Shown piece by piece: positions 1 through 12,627 of a DNA stretch of 64,000 nucleotides; the stretch's first letter is position 1; each line of letters opens with the position of its first letter. This DNA comes from Octopus vulgaris. Its lineage: Eukaryota. Location of the stretch: contig OX597834.1 of assembly GCA_951406725.2 (NCBI GenBank), positions 10,788,001 through 10,852,000 of the forward strand, given 5' to 3'. The notes below the pieces were generated by a model. That model saw only the letters and a list, made by a program, of their open reading frames with translations, was not told where the DNA came from and did not search any database. Both the position numbers and the translations under genes were made by a program.

Positions 1-284
1 CGAACGCAAATGAATTAACAAGACTATCGGATAGAAAAATTGTCTCAATGTATTCCACTTTCGTTACACAGTAAAATTTTCGTGACAGATCGTTTGGAAT
101 AAAACCTTATTCTTAGCAAAAAGGAATTGGGGTAACAAGCAACCTGCTGTTCTTCGTTTCTCTTTCTGCTCTTCATACATCAATCATTTACGAAATGGGG
201 CATCTCAGACAGCCTAGAAATTATAAAATGAAATTTCAAGTCCTTGGAAAAACTAAAAAGTACGAAAAACTAAGTTTTGTAGGT

Positions 285-655
285 GGAAGCACTCCGTCGG
301 TTACGACGACGAGGGTTCCGGTTGATCCGAATCAACGGAACAGCCTGCTCGTGAAATTAACGTGTAAGTGGCTGAGCACTCCACATACACGTGTACCCTT
401 AACGTAGTTCTCGGGGATATTCAGCGTGACACAGAGAGTGACAAGGCCGGCCCTTTGAAATACAGGTACAACAGAAACAGGAAGTAAGAGTGAGAGAAAG
501 TTGTGGTGAAAGAGTACAGCAGGGATTACCACCATCCGCTGCCGGAGCCTCGTGGAGCTTTTTTAGGTGTTTTCGCTCAATAAACACTCACAACGCCCGG
601 TCTGGGAATCGAAACCGCGAGTCAGCTGCCCTAACCACTGGGCCATTGCGCCTCC
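285..655 (-). mobile_element. tRNA-derived SINE, family A, near full-length (short deletion in head) with 13-bp TSD
   Basis: Minus strand begins GGAGGCGCAATGGCCCAGTGGTTAGG (A box) with GGTTTCGATTCCC (B box). TSD AAGTTTTGTAGGT at 272-284 and 656-668. Near-identical copies at 44864 and 56534. Confidence 0.92.
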
Positions 656-1052
656 AAGTTTTGTAGGTAAGTCAAGAGTGTCTGATACCGAGATTTCTAT
701 TGTAGTAACGATTTTATGTTGGACTTAATGAAATATATTTCTTTTAGTTATGATGTTTGCTATTCTTAATATATTTCTGTTTTATAAGCAAAAATCTAAA
801 ACAAATTGCAGATATATTTGTTAGCTAAATGGAATCGTTAGCTTACCAGATCATCATCGGTGACCGTAACAAAAAAACAAAAAAACAGAAACTAGGACGC
901 GTAACAACATTATTCTAGTCATTGCATCGAGAGTAGATTTCCATTCTACACAAGAGATAGGAATGTGTATGCTACCAACAGCATATTTGAAAGAAGACCT
1001 GTTATAGAACAGTATTCTCAAGAACGTTCGCTATTTTATATAAATATGTATT

Positions 1053-1153
<101 letters not shown>

Positions 1154-1252
1154 TTATATAATATTAATTCGAGACAAAACCACTATTTTGCAAAACAAAC
1201 AAGGAAAGACTTAATCAATACATAAAAATTTTTAATATAAAGAAATAAACCG

Positions 1253-1295
1253 CCACTACAATCGTTTCATGTCTTCAATGACATTCGTCAGGTGG
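1253..1295 (-). ncRNA. Type I hammerhead ribozyme, canonical core
   Basis: Minus strand: CCAC-CTGACGA-ATGTC(ATTGAA)GACAT-GAAA-CGATTG-TA-GTGG. Stem I CCAC/GTGG, 5-bp stem II, short near-palindromic stem III, GUA triplet. Lies in a ~165-bp insert (about 1161-1325) between TA tracts. Confidence 0.88.
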
Positions 1296-1347
1296 ATTTT
1301 CGATCTCCTAATCTGTTTTAATTTATATACATATTTATATATGTATA

Positions 1348-1375
<28 letters not shown>

Positions 1376-1378
<3 letters not shown>

Positions 1379-2665
1379 GCATATATCTATGTTAACATGT
1401 GTGTATACATGACCCAAGTGAAAATACATATGTATATACACGCGTATATGTATATATACGTAAACACACACAAGAAGTCATTGCTATTCATATTGATATG
1501 CTATGCGTAATCACGATAATATACGATAATAGCAACAAACAAACTTTTGGAATAATGTTTGAATCTAACAACAGATTATTTTTCTCTCGACAAATCAACA
1601 ATGTAATCAATTTACTGCAGAAAAGATGGAAATGTAATGAAATAAATATTCGTATAATATAGCTTTCTCAAATTAACACGTATAAAACCGCTTCGTAGAA
1701 TTATCTCCACATATGATATCACCATTAAATGTAATATGCATAGCTATTCATCAATTCATGCAAGAACAAGCTGAGTGCTAGGCAAGCTACCTGTCAAAGT
1801 CTAACCATCTAAATTACCTAATACTTGCATTTAATAAGAAATGTAGATAGAGTGTACTGTGTAATCTAAGATATGCATAAAAGATACCTGGAGAGGTTTA
1901 GAGTCTAGTCCAAACCTATTTGGTTTGTGTTAGGATAGTGTTGAATAATATTTGCAAATATATTACAACGCCAACCAACTTCTGGCTAACAACGAAGCCT
2001 CTGCGTCACCATAAGACAAATGATACACAGCAGATAGATAATAAGTAGTGCTAGACAAAAATGGTAGAAATAAAAATAAATGTTTATAAACGTAACTTTT
2101 TCCCAGACCTGTGAAAACCTGGGCTATATGGTAACAGCAACTGCTGCAGCAACAACAAGAACAACAACAACAATAACTAACAGAATGATAAAGTGTTTTC
2201 TCCATTCAATCAACAGAAATTGGAACAATCTTCTGTAAGTTGCAGATGCAATCAATCATCTCTGACAATGAAATCCAAAATGAGAAATGTTAAAAAAGTA
2301 CCTGTTATGAAAACTGACACGCACACATATTTATGTATATTCGAAGAAAGATATGTACACACATGTATCCACAGAAATATAAGTAAGCGCAAGCATAACC
2401 ATACGCACACTCACGCAGCCGGTCACAATTATAATATTTACACATACACACACACACACACATAGACTCACACACACACACATATATATATAATGCTTAT
2501 TTAGGCTAATGCGTATATAGACGTTGATAGAATAACATTATATTGGTTGTCATATAGCGCATGATTTGTACATTGTAGTTTGTCAGAAATACATTTTAAG
2601 CTATCAATTAACATTAAATAATATTTTCACATATCGAAAGAGAATATAGCAAAGTCTGTAAAGAT

Positions 2666-2723
<58 letters not shown>

Positions 2724-3039
2724 ATATATATATATGTATGTATATATATATATGTATATATATATGTATGTATATATATATGTATATATATATGTATATA
2801 TATATATATATATATATTTATTTATTCATTTATATATATATATATACATATATATATACATATACATATATATATATATATATATTTTATATATGTATAT
2901 ATGCATATATCTATGTTAACATGTGTATATACATGACCCAAGTGAAAATACATATGTATATACACACGTATATGTATATATACGTAAACACACACAATAA
3001 GTCATTGCTATTCATGTTGATATGCTATACGTAATCACG
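1376..3039 (+). repeat. Dispersed direct repeat, ~140 bp (1376-1515 and 2899-3039)
   Basis: ATATGCATATATCTATGTTAACATGTG...GACCCAAGTGAAAATACAT...GTAATCACG occurs twice with few mismatches, each copy after a TA tract. Confidence 0.9.
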
Positions 3040-3769
3040 TATAGCATATATTTAATTGCTATGAATGTGTTTTATTGTTGTTACTCGGGTGGAATTAACT
3101 AAGCTTTACAATCAAGTCTGATGACAAGTCAATCATATTTTTTAACAATCCATTGTTGAGAACCATATCTGTAATAAAATTATTTAACACCATCATCAAT
3201 CATTTCAGAAAGATATAAACATGTCGTTAAATCGTGGTATTTTAATGATATATCGGCATGTATTACATTCACTTTCACTTTTACTCTGCACAGTAAAATA
3301 AGAAAGAAAATATAAATACGTTATTCAAAAGTAGCTTAACAATATATTACAATATAGCAGGTGAAGTATATTTTACATTATGAAAAAATAATCGATACAG
3401 GATTACATCAACTTATCGTTAGATATGTTTATATATGTTTTTTTTTTTTTTGGCAGTAGACATCTAATAATGTGTATGTTATGTAATTATCTAAATTGAA
3501 GTAGGTTTTATGTTTAGAACACATTTCATTGTTACAGACATGCTTTACTGTATAAATACAATATAACACACACGCACGCAGGCACACGCATAAGAGTATG
3601 TAAGTTTCTGTGCACGTTTATGCACATGTAAATATCAAAGAATCTGAATAAGTGCTCAACAAGGCAATGGTGGATGAAGACTGTTTCTTTGTGAATAAAG
3701 AAAGCGAGTCTAGCATTAATCCACACACACACACACGCACGTATAAATATATGCATTATATAAACTGCA

Positions 3770-3865
3770 AGTATGCCGTTTGCGATTTCTTCTCCATCTT
3801 CGGACTTTTCCATTTCTCCTTCGCAACGAAGAGCTATGCTCGAAACGTTAAACTTTCTCCTTTTA
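3770..3865 (+). mobile_element. Decayed HHR-bearing element, same family as 48750-48960
   Basis: GCAACGA-A-GAGC(TAT)GCTC-GAAACGTT-AAAC matches the 48821 ribozyme with a damaged CUGA. Upstream CCGTT(T/G)GCGAT is also shared. Confidence 0.65.
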
Positions 3866-4045
3866 CTGAGCTCGAAGTCGACTTTGCCATTCATCCTTGT
3901 TTTAACTAGTACCAGTTGAACACTGCGGTCCATGAAATCAACTCATCTAAAATTGATACCCTTATGGCAAATTTGAAGCCATCATTAATATGATCTCTCT
4001 CTCACACACACACACACACGTACACACACACATACACACACACAC

Positions 4046-4100
<55 letters not shown>

Positions 4101-4595
4101 TATATAGATATATGTATATGTATACGTATATATATATATATATATATATATACAATTACGAGAGGCTTCTTCAAGAAATAAAGAGTGTTGACTAAGCGGA
4201 GCGAGAGCACACACGTGAACAGGGAGTGTTACTGAAGAGTTTACAGATGTGTGATGAAATGTTTCCGGATAATAAACGAGAAAACAACAAATATAATGTG
4301 AGTGTTTATTCGAAAAAAAAAAGGAAAATATGTCTATCCCTAAATGCAACAATATCTGTTTTATCGCACGGTTTCATGCCAGGAATCTTGCAACACAAAT
4401 TTATAAACGCATATATAAACATGAGTAAGCACATAAATGCAAAACAACGAAGAGAAATAGTACTCGAATACCAAAGGTAGAATAACATGCCATTTTTTTT
4501 CATTATAGTAAAAGCATTATGTGATGTTTTTGCAGTTTTAATAAAGAATGTGTATATATATATACTCAGGCACAGACGTACACATACAAACACAT

Positions 4596-4963
4596 CAACC
4601 ACATGGTTACGGGTTCAGTCCCACTGCGTGGCACCTTGGGCAGGTGTTTTCTACTGTAGCCTCGTGTCGACCAAAGCCTTGTGAGTGGATTTGGTAGACG
4701 GAGACTGAAAGAAGCCTGTCGTATATATGCATATATATGTGTGTGTATATGTTTGTGTATCTGTGTTTGTCCCCCAACATCACTTGACAACCGATGCTGG
4801 TGTGTTTATGTCCCCGTCACTTAGCGGTTCGGCAAAAAGGACCGATAGAATAAGTACTATACTTACAATAAGGCCTGGGGTAGATTTGCTCGACTAAAGG
4901 CGGTGCTCCAGCATGGCCGCAGTCAAATGACTGAAACAAGTAAAAGAGCAGAAAGAGTAAAGA

Positions 4964-4964
<1 letters not shown>
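4596..4964 (+). mobile_element. SINE family B, 5'-truncated
   Basis: GGGTTCAGTCCC B box, GGCACCTTGGGCA core, internal TA/TG microsatellite and (TAAAAGAG)-type tail. Flanked by a ~35-bp direct repeat TATACTCAGGCACAGAC.TACACATA (4561, 4991). Confidence 0.9.
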
Positions 4965-4995
<31 letters not shown>

Positions 4996-5136
4996 TCAGG
5001 CACAGACATACACATATACGCACATTTTTATGTTGCCCTTCGTATATGTATGTATATATATATTTATTTATTCATATTTACCCTAAAATGTGATAACAGG
5101 AAAATTAAACGGTGAGTCAACTCATTGGAAAGGGTA

Positions 5137-5334
5137 TCTTTACTCTTTTACTCTTTTACTTGTTTCAGTCATTTGACTGCGGCCATACTGGAGCACTGCC
5201 TTTAGTCGAGCCAAATCGCCCTCAGAACTTATTCTTTGTAAGCCGAGTACTTATTCTATCGGGGACGTAAACACACCAGCCTCGGTTGTCAGGCAATGCT
5301 AGGGGGACAAACACAGATACACAAACACACACAC

Positions 5335-5369
<35 letters not shown>

Positions 5370-5533
5370 CGACAGGCTTCTTTCAGTTTCCGTCTACCAA
5401 ATCCACTCACAAGGCATTGGTCGGCCCGGGGCTATAGAAGAAGACACTTGCCCAAGATGCCACGCAGTGGGACTGAACCCGGAACCGTGTGGTTGGTTAG
5501 CAAGGTACTTACCACACAGCCACTCCTGCGCCT
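5137..5533 (-). mobile_element. SINE family B
   Basis: Reverse complement of the family B consensus AGGCGCAGGAGTGGCTGTGTGGTAAG...GACTGAAACAAGTAAAAGAG. Confidence 0.92.
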
Positions 5534-6036
5534 ATAGTGAATTTCTTATGAGAAAACGAACCTCAAGACAGTTTCGTCGGAGCCGAAGACTACAAGTCTC
5601 TATTTTACCTTTGTCAAAGCAACCCGAACTAGGTTCGGCAGCATTGGCATTATAATAAAGTGTTAGAACGATCTTGTTGCTATTCAGTTGCGAAAGAATA
5701 TCATATCTAGCATCCACTTTTGAGAAGAGAGACAGCTCCCATCGATGACTTTCATACTCAATAACACACACACACATATATGCGCGCGCACATACGCACA
5801 AACATACACAGACACACGCACGGGACCATGCGCTCGCACACTCACGCCTGAATGGCGCACGCATGGAGCCATAAATCGCATTAAACCGTTAAAAGCAATA
5901 AAAAGAATAGGACGGTAACTCATTACTAATGTTGCTTAGAATTTTATTACTTTTACGTTCGATGCTGTTTACTTCATCTCTTCATTTTGCAGCCTCATAC
6001 TGCAACAATACATGCATACATACATAAATATATCTA

Positions 6037-6087
<51 letters not shown>

Positions 6088-6274
6088 TTTATAGAAGGAG
6101 CTTCTACAGGACTAGAACTGTTTCATTCAAAAGAAATCACCAGGAAGCTTCCTGATGATTTCTTTTGAATGAAACAGTTCTAGTCCTGTAGTCCTTCTAT
6201 AAAGTAAATTAATTTACTCTGCTATGTATTGAGTACCTTATTTACTGTGGTTAACCCCGACTCAACCTGGGACC

Positions 6275-6276
<2 letters not shown>
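6088..6276 (+). mobile_element. HHR-bearing insert in (TA)n with 5' inverted duplication (Penelope pLTR-like)
   Basis: Palindrome 6088-6203 centred on AAGCTT (6145-6150). Right arm AGCTTC-CTGATGA-TTTCTTTTGAAT-GAAA-CAG(TTCTAGTC)CTG-TA. Flanked by (TA)n on both sides. Confidence 0.8.
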
Positions 6277-6329
<53 letters not shown>

Positions 6330-6330
<1 letters not shown>

Positions 6331-6572
6331 CTCTTTACTCTTTATTCCTTTACATGTTTCAGTCATTTGACTGCAGCCATGCTGGCGCAACGCCTTTTCG
6401 TCGAGCAAATCAATCCCAGCACTTATTCTTTGTAAGCCTAGTACTTATTCTATCCGTCTATGTTGCCGAACCGCTATATTACGGGGATGTAATCACACCA
6501 GCATCGGTGGTCAAGCGATGTTGGGGGGGGGGGTACAAATACAGATACACAACCACACCCACACACACACAG

Positions 6573-6607
<35 letters not shown>

Positions 6608-6789
6608 AACATATGCATATATATACGACAGGCTTCTTTCAGTTTCCCTCTACCAAATCCACTCACAAGGCTTTGGTCGGCCCGAGGCTATAGTAGAAGA
6701 CACTTTGCCCAAGGTGTCACACAGTGGGACTAAACTCGGAACCACGTGATTGGTAAGCAAGCTACTTACCCCGCAGCCACTCCTGCGCC

Positions 6790-6790
<1 letters not shown>
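6330..6790 (-). mobile_element. SINE family B
   Basis: Family B head, core, internal microsatellite and tail on the minus strand, inserted in (TA)n. Confidence 0.9.
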
Positions 6791-6830
<40 letters not shown>

Positions 6831-7117
6831 GTATGTATGTATAATCAAACATATATATATATATATACATATATACATAAGTTTGTAAATAATCATGTCA
6901 AAGGAAAATGGAATTTAATTAAAATTAAAACATTCAATCAAAAATTATATTCCCAGTGGCCTAACGTGCAGAACAAATTAGTCAAGAAATCTATATATTA
7001 GTCATACGATATAGTGTAAATTTAAACACATAAGGAATCCACTTTTTGGGAATTCAACACGCTAGAGAGAACAGCTAGGTTTTGTAAACCACAAAAATAA
7101 CGGATAACGGATAAGTT

Positions 7118-7247
<130 letters not shown>

Positions 7248-7548
7248 CATAAGCAAGAAAAAAGCAGCAAGAATGCATCGGTAGATTAGTACAATTGTTT
7301 CATACTAAAAACATTTAATTTCAAGCTGCAAATATTACAGCAAATATAATGTCAAGTATTCATCAGCTAAATCACATATAGGTTTTCCATATATTCTTAG
7401 AGTGTGTATATATCCTCATGAAGTTATAGGAGTGGGATCTATGAATCTGAAGTAAGATTCCAAGCATACTATATATGTTTTCCAACAATACAAAGTTTTT
7501 AAAATGATTATTAACATCCCAGAGAAGATAAATCTACTCATAAATATA

Positions 7549-7591
<43 letters not shown>

Positions 7592-8048
7592 GCTTGTATG
7601 TGCGTTTATGTGTGCGTGTGTGTGTGTGTGTATGTGTGCGTTCGTGTGTGTGTCTGTGTATTTGTGCGTCTGTATGTGCATATACATATACATATACCCT
7701 GCTATGTTTTCCTTACGACGTTTTCAGAAACTTATGGTATGTGTGTGACATTTGTATCACAATAATTTGACTTACAGCTGCAGCTGAATCAGCATCATCA
7801 CCACCATCATTATCATCATCATCATCATCTGCACAATCAGCAGGTAGTGGTGTGGTCGTTAGTGTTGGGTGTGGTCCTATTAGAATTAGTATTGTTAGTT
7901 TTTTTTTTTGTGTTATAGTAGAATCAGTAAATAAAAAAATGTCACTGAATGTTTCAATGTTTCAATGTTTCATTTCGCCGATACATATTTCAACTTCACT
8001 TGCATTCAAAGAATATTAATAACTTTTTTTTTTATATTCTTACAATAT

Positions 8049-8214
8049 AGGCGCAAGAGTGGCTGTGTGGTAAGTAGCTTGCTAACCAACCACATGGTTC
8101 CGGGTTCAGTCCCACTGCGTGGCATCTTGGGCAAGTGTCTTCTGCTATAGCCCCGGGCCGACCAATGCCTTGTGAGTGGATTTGGTAGACGGAAACTGAA
8201 AGAAGCCTGTCGTA

Positions 8215-8286
<72 letters not shown>

Positions 8287-8506
8287 TATGTGTGTGTGTT
8301 TGTCCCCCTAGCATTGCTTGACAACCGATGCTGGTGTGTTTACGTGTCCGTCACTTAGCGGTTCGGCAAAAGAGACCGATAGAATAAGTAATGGGCTTAC
8401 AAAGAATAAATCCCGGGGTCGATTTGCTCTACTAAAGGCGGCGCTCCAGCATGGCCGCGATGAAATGAAAAACAAGTAAAAAAAAAAGAAAAAAAAAGAA
8501 AAAAAA
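8049..8506 (+). mobile_element. SINE family B
   Basis: Full-length family B copy with A-rich tail. Confidence 0.92.
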
Positions 8507-8652
8507 TATATTCATATTGTGATTAATTGTATCATTACATATGTGTTAATTAATGTGATTTAGCATGCCCTCAATTAAATGATAATTTGTTTCTCTTTAG
8601 AATTACATTCCTAGAGCTGTGTGGTTTTGTAGCAGCCGTAGCAGCAACACAG

Positions 8653-8792
8653 CGTGGCGTATATTTGCCGTGACGTATAGGACACAGAAAGTGTGTCTAT
8701 AGCCAGCTGGAGGAGGTGTCCTCCTGGGGCTACAAACTACAGTAGCATCCACCCTTAGGGGTTAGCCATATTCAAATGGCAAATATACGTCA

Positions 8793-8794
<2 letters not shown>
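8653..8794. mobile_element. MITE-like element with 17-bp inverted repeats
   Basis: CGTGGCGTATATTTGCC (8653-8669) and GGCAAATATACGTCACG (8778-8794), one mismatch. Several internal hairpins. Confidence 0.5.
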
Positions 8795-8829
<35 letters not shown>

Positions 8830-8887
8830 GTGTGTGTGTGTGTGTGTGTGTGTGTCTGTGTGTGTGTATGTGTGTGTGTATGTGTGT

Positions 8888-8929
<42 letters not shown>

Positions 8930-9446
8930 ATTCATATATATATGTATGTATGTATATATATATATATATATATATACAGAGAGAGAGAGAGAGAGAGAGA
9001 CAGCGAGAGAGGGGGAGAGGGAGACATACGTACCTATCGGTCTTGGAAAAGGATGAGTGATATACTTTTGTTGTGTATTGTCGAAAGGAAATTCGCTGAA
9101 TTGTTTCTTGCTGTGAGCACTTCATACAATTCCAAAACCTAGTCGCAAATGCAGATGCAGTGATCGACAGAGCCACATGTTGCGAAGCTCTAATTAGCGT
9201 AACTATTGCTTCAGGAAATGTGATATCACATCTATGACTAAATCGGTGAAGTGACTTTGGAGAGGTAAGCAGAAACTAAGAAAGTGTTTACAACGTTTGC
9301 AATACGACTCCTCAAGCTCCATTGAATAAAAAAACCTTTATACCACGTCACCTGTGTCTCTCTCTCACTTTGATTATCGAAAATGAATAAATGCACCGTG
9401 TGGTATACTAGTTTATCAAATGTAAGGATAGAACATTTAAATTAGA

Positions 9447-9812
9447 TTTTTATTTTATTTTATTTTTATTTTGTCTAGTTTCAGCTCACGGGCTGTGGCC
9501 ATGGTGGGGCACCGACATTTGGTGTTGCTACTTGATTTTACTTCACGAATGCTTTTTAGCAATTGCCATTCGCTACATAAGAGATTTTGATGCAGCTGCC
9601 CTCATCCAGTTTTATTTTAAAGACATCTGCATCCACCCCATGCAGGTCTCTCAGGTTCAAGAGTTGTGGGCCTCTGAAGCCCAGGCTATCACAGTATCTT
9701 GTCCTACATCTTGATGGCAAATTTGGAGTTCTTGGCACTATGCAGTGGCGCCCAGTTCTAGTATTTGTGTAACTCTCGATGCCAAAGTATGGGACAAGTC
9801 CTTCTAGGATCT
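9447..9812 (-). mobile_element. 3' end of a CR1/L2-group LINE (ORF2 C-terminus, 3' UTR, (AAAAT)n tail)
   Basis: Minus translation ILEGLVPYFGIESYTNTRTGRHCIVP...DSLGFRGPQLLNLRDLHGVDADVFKIKLD resembles the ILEGLVPN...RGP.LFN...FK.KLD C-terminal pattern. Ends in a stem-loop and A-rich tail. Confidence 0.75.
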
Positions 9813-11313
9813 ATTAATAATTATTAAATATTGATAATATTTATAATTAATTATAAATATTAATAATTTGTAGACAAATATTGGCATTTCTACATAATCT
9901 ATCTTCCCTTCCTTTCTCATTCATAAACACAAGAGTGTTATTATAGTAGATTATCTCGGTAACCATGGAAGCTATGAAAAAATACAAAGCCCAGGATCAT
10001 CAACGGGTCATTCTACAAATCTGTGTATTTGTAGACAGGACTAAACTGAATCCAGTAGACCAGAGTGTCGTTTGTCAACTTTCTTCCCATCAATTCTCTG
10101 TGGAAATACCAAAACATATTAACACAATATTCAAATTTGTAATCTAACTTATGAATTTATTATATTTTTCTATTTGTCTGTCAATATATGCATATATATA
10201 TATATGTGTGTTTCTGAGCTCATATGCGTGTGTTCAACCGACGTGTGCTCATTTCAAAATTTCACCAACATTTTTGCGTTAAATTGCGAGCATTCGTTTA
10301 CTTTATTCACCAAGTGTTCCTCTAAATTTACTGTAAATTTTGTCATACGATATCTCGATTCATTCTGTTTTAAGAATAATTTATCACTTTCTTCTTTTCA
10401 TCATTATTTATCATTTAATAGAATAACTATTATTGCTGTCGTATTATTTTTTCAATTTTTTGATATCTTTTATTTTACTTTAATTATTCAATCTAAAATT
10501 TATTACTTGTGACATCATTTCTTGTTGCCATTAAATAACATATTTTTTCGCTTATTTTACTCATTTATGATCAAAGTGAAATAAGAAATAAAAATTACTG
10601 CAAATAAAATGTACAATGATAAACAGAAAATGAACTAACATTCAACGTTGCAAAAAATGCAATTTAATTTTCGATCGCTCGCTGAAACCATAAATCATTA
10701 TCAAATTGTATGATATTTATAACGTCGTGCCCAAGGCCGTTCATGTTAATTTTCGCCAGCATTATTCATCCATCTGAAACTATTCTAATGAAATATCTAT
10801 TATTAATTCGAGATTTCTTGTGTATAATGCAACCCATGTATTTAGCGCAAATATCATGCAACTTTTCACCATCTTCTTCATTGACATCGTCCCCAACGTA
10901 TCATCTTTGCTGTCATCATCGCCATTTTGGACATCGTCATCATCATTATTATCATCCTCGAAGAACGCTCCTTCATTCTACTCCTTCTCATTGGTCTTCT
11001 CCTCCACCTTGCCTTCCTAATCATCAGCATCACACTCGCCATCATCTTCATCAACATTACCCTCAGCATCACGATTATTATTTTCATTATATCCTTATCA
11101 TACTCGTCATAATCATCATCAGCAGCAAGTTTTCTTTCCTATGAAGTTTCAGGATTCACACAGAACCACTTGGAATTTCGCTTTCTTCTGTATATAATTT
11201 TATATAATATCTCACAATTTTTTCATTCTCCACAAAATTAAGATGATTTAAACAGCAATGGTTTGATTTCTTTTTAGGCATCTTGTGAGTATAAATACAT
11301 GTATATACCTATA

Positions 11314-11826
11314 TGTAACTAGTACTTATTTAATCGACCCCGAAGGATGAAAGGCAAAGTCGACCTCGGCGGAATTTGAACTCAGAACGTAACGGCAGAA
11401 GAAATACCTATTTCTTTACTACCCACAAGGGACTAAATACAGAGAGGACAAACAAGGACAGATAAACGGATTAAGTCGATTATATCGACCCCAGTGCGTA
11501 ACTGGTACTTATTTAATCGACCCCGAAATGATGAAAGGTAAAGTCGGTCTCAGCAGAATTTCAACTCAGAGCGTAGCGGCAGAAGAAATACCTATTTCTT
11601 TACTACCCACAAGGGGCTAAAAACACAGAGAGGACAAACACGGGCAGACAAACGAATTAAGCCGATTATATCGACCCCAGTGTGTAACTGGTATTTATTT
11701 AATTGACCCCGAAAGGATGAAAGGCAAAGTCGGTCTCGGCGGAATTTGAACTCAGGACGTAGCTGCAGACGAAATACCGCAACGCAATTCGCCTAGCGTG
11801 CTAATGGTACTGGCAGCTAACCGCCT
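11314..11826 (-). mobile_element. SINE family C (Meta-domain-like), internally multimerised, 19-bp TSD
   Basis: tRNA head at 11826, then ~185-bp units with GAGGTCGACTTTGCCTTTCATCCTTTCGGGGTCGA..AAGTACC. TSD TAAATACATGTATATACCT at 11292-11310 and 11827-11845. Confidence 0.88.
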
Positions 11827-12351
11827 TAAATACATGTATATACCTGCAAACATCGCTTGTGAAATGTTTATTAGAGTCTTACAGTCCCCAATTTGTTATA
11901 GCATAAGGAGATAATGTATATATTTGTGTTTGTGGGAGCAATGTACATTGGGAGTAACCATAAAGATGCACTATCAAAAATAAGATTTCGAAACAAGAAT
12001 GATTATACAATGCATAGAAAATACATTGACAGCTACACAAAATATAGTAAGTTATAATCACAGGTAATATCAATTTACCATTGGAGTGATTATATGCCGT
12101 TGGTAGACTGCCAATGATCGGCGTGCGATCCCTAAGAGGCTAATGGTGGTTTGCCTCTCTCTACTCTATATTTCTCATTGCATTGTATTTTTTCTGTAGT
12201 TTTTTTCCAGTTTCTTTATCATACAGATGATGATGATAGCTACGATGATGATGGTGATAATTATCATCAACTTCACTTTAATTGTTATCAACATCGTTAT
12301 TACCACCTCCATTGTCATTAACGTCCACTACACCACCTCGTCGTCCGAATT

Positions 12352-12397
12352 ATCATTATTTTATTATTATTATTATTAATATTATTATTATTATTAT

Positions 12398-12430
<33 letters not shown>

Positions 12431-12438
12431 TATTATTA

Positions 12439-12503
<65 letters not shown>
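12352..12503. repeat. (ATT)n microsatellite
   Basis: Long, near-perfect trinucleotide tract. Confidence 0.95.
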
Positions 12504-12506
<3 letters not shown>

Positions 12507-12579
12507 GAAAACAATTGAAGCGTAACAGAAAGATTACACAATCTGTTCTCGTAGAGTGTTCAGGAAAATAATAGCAGTG

Positions 12580-12625
<46 letters not shown>

Positions 12626-12627
<2 letters not shown>

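Noticed and set aside
285-655. tRNA gene calls at SINE heads
   Set aside because: A and B boxes are present, but they continue into SINE bodies with TSDs and do not form complete cloverleaves.
2107-2234. Possible plus-strand exon (CCCAG|...|GTAAGT, open frame)
   Set aside because: It is largely a CAA/CAG low-complexity tract with no recognisable protein and no partner exons.
4225-4270. CTGAAGA...GAAA hammerhead candidate
   Set aside because: Stem II is weak and there is no convincing stem I.
11314-11826. CRISPR-like or hammerhead-containing array in the family C multimers
   Set aside because: There are no unique spacers, the context is eukaryotic, and no CUGANGA box was found on either strand of the unit.
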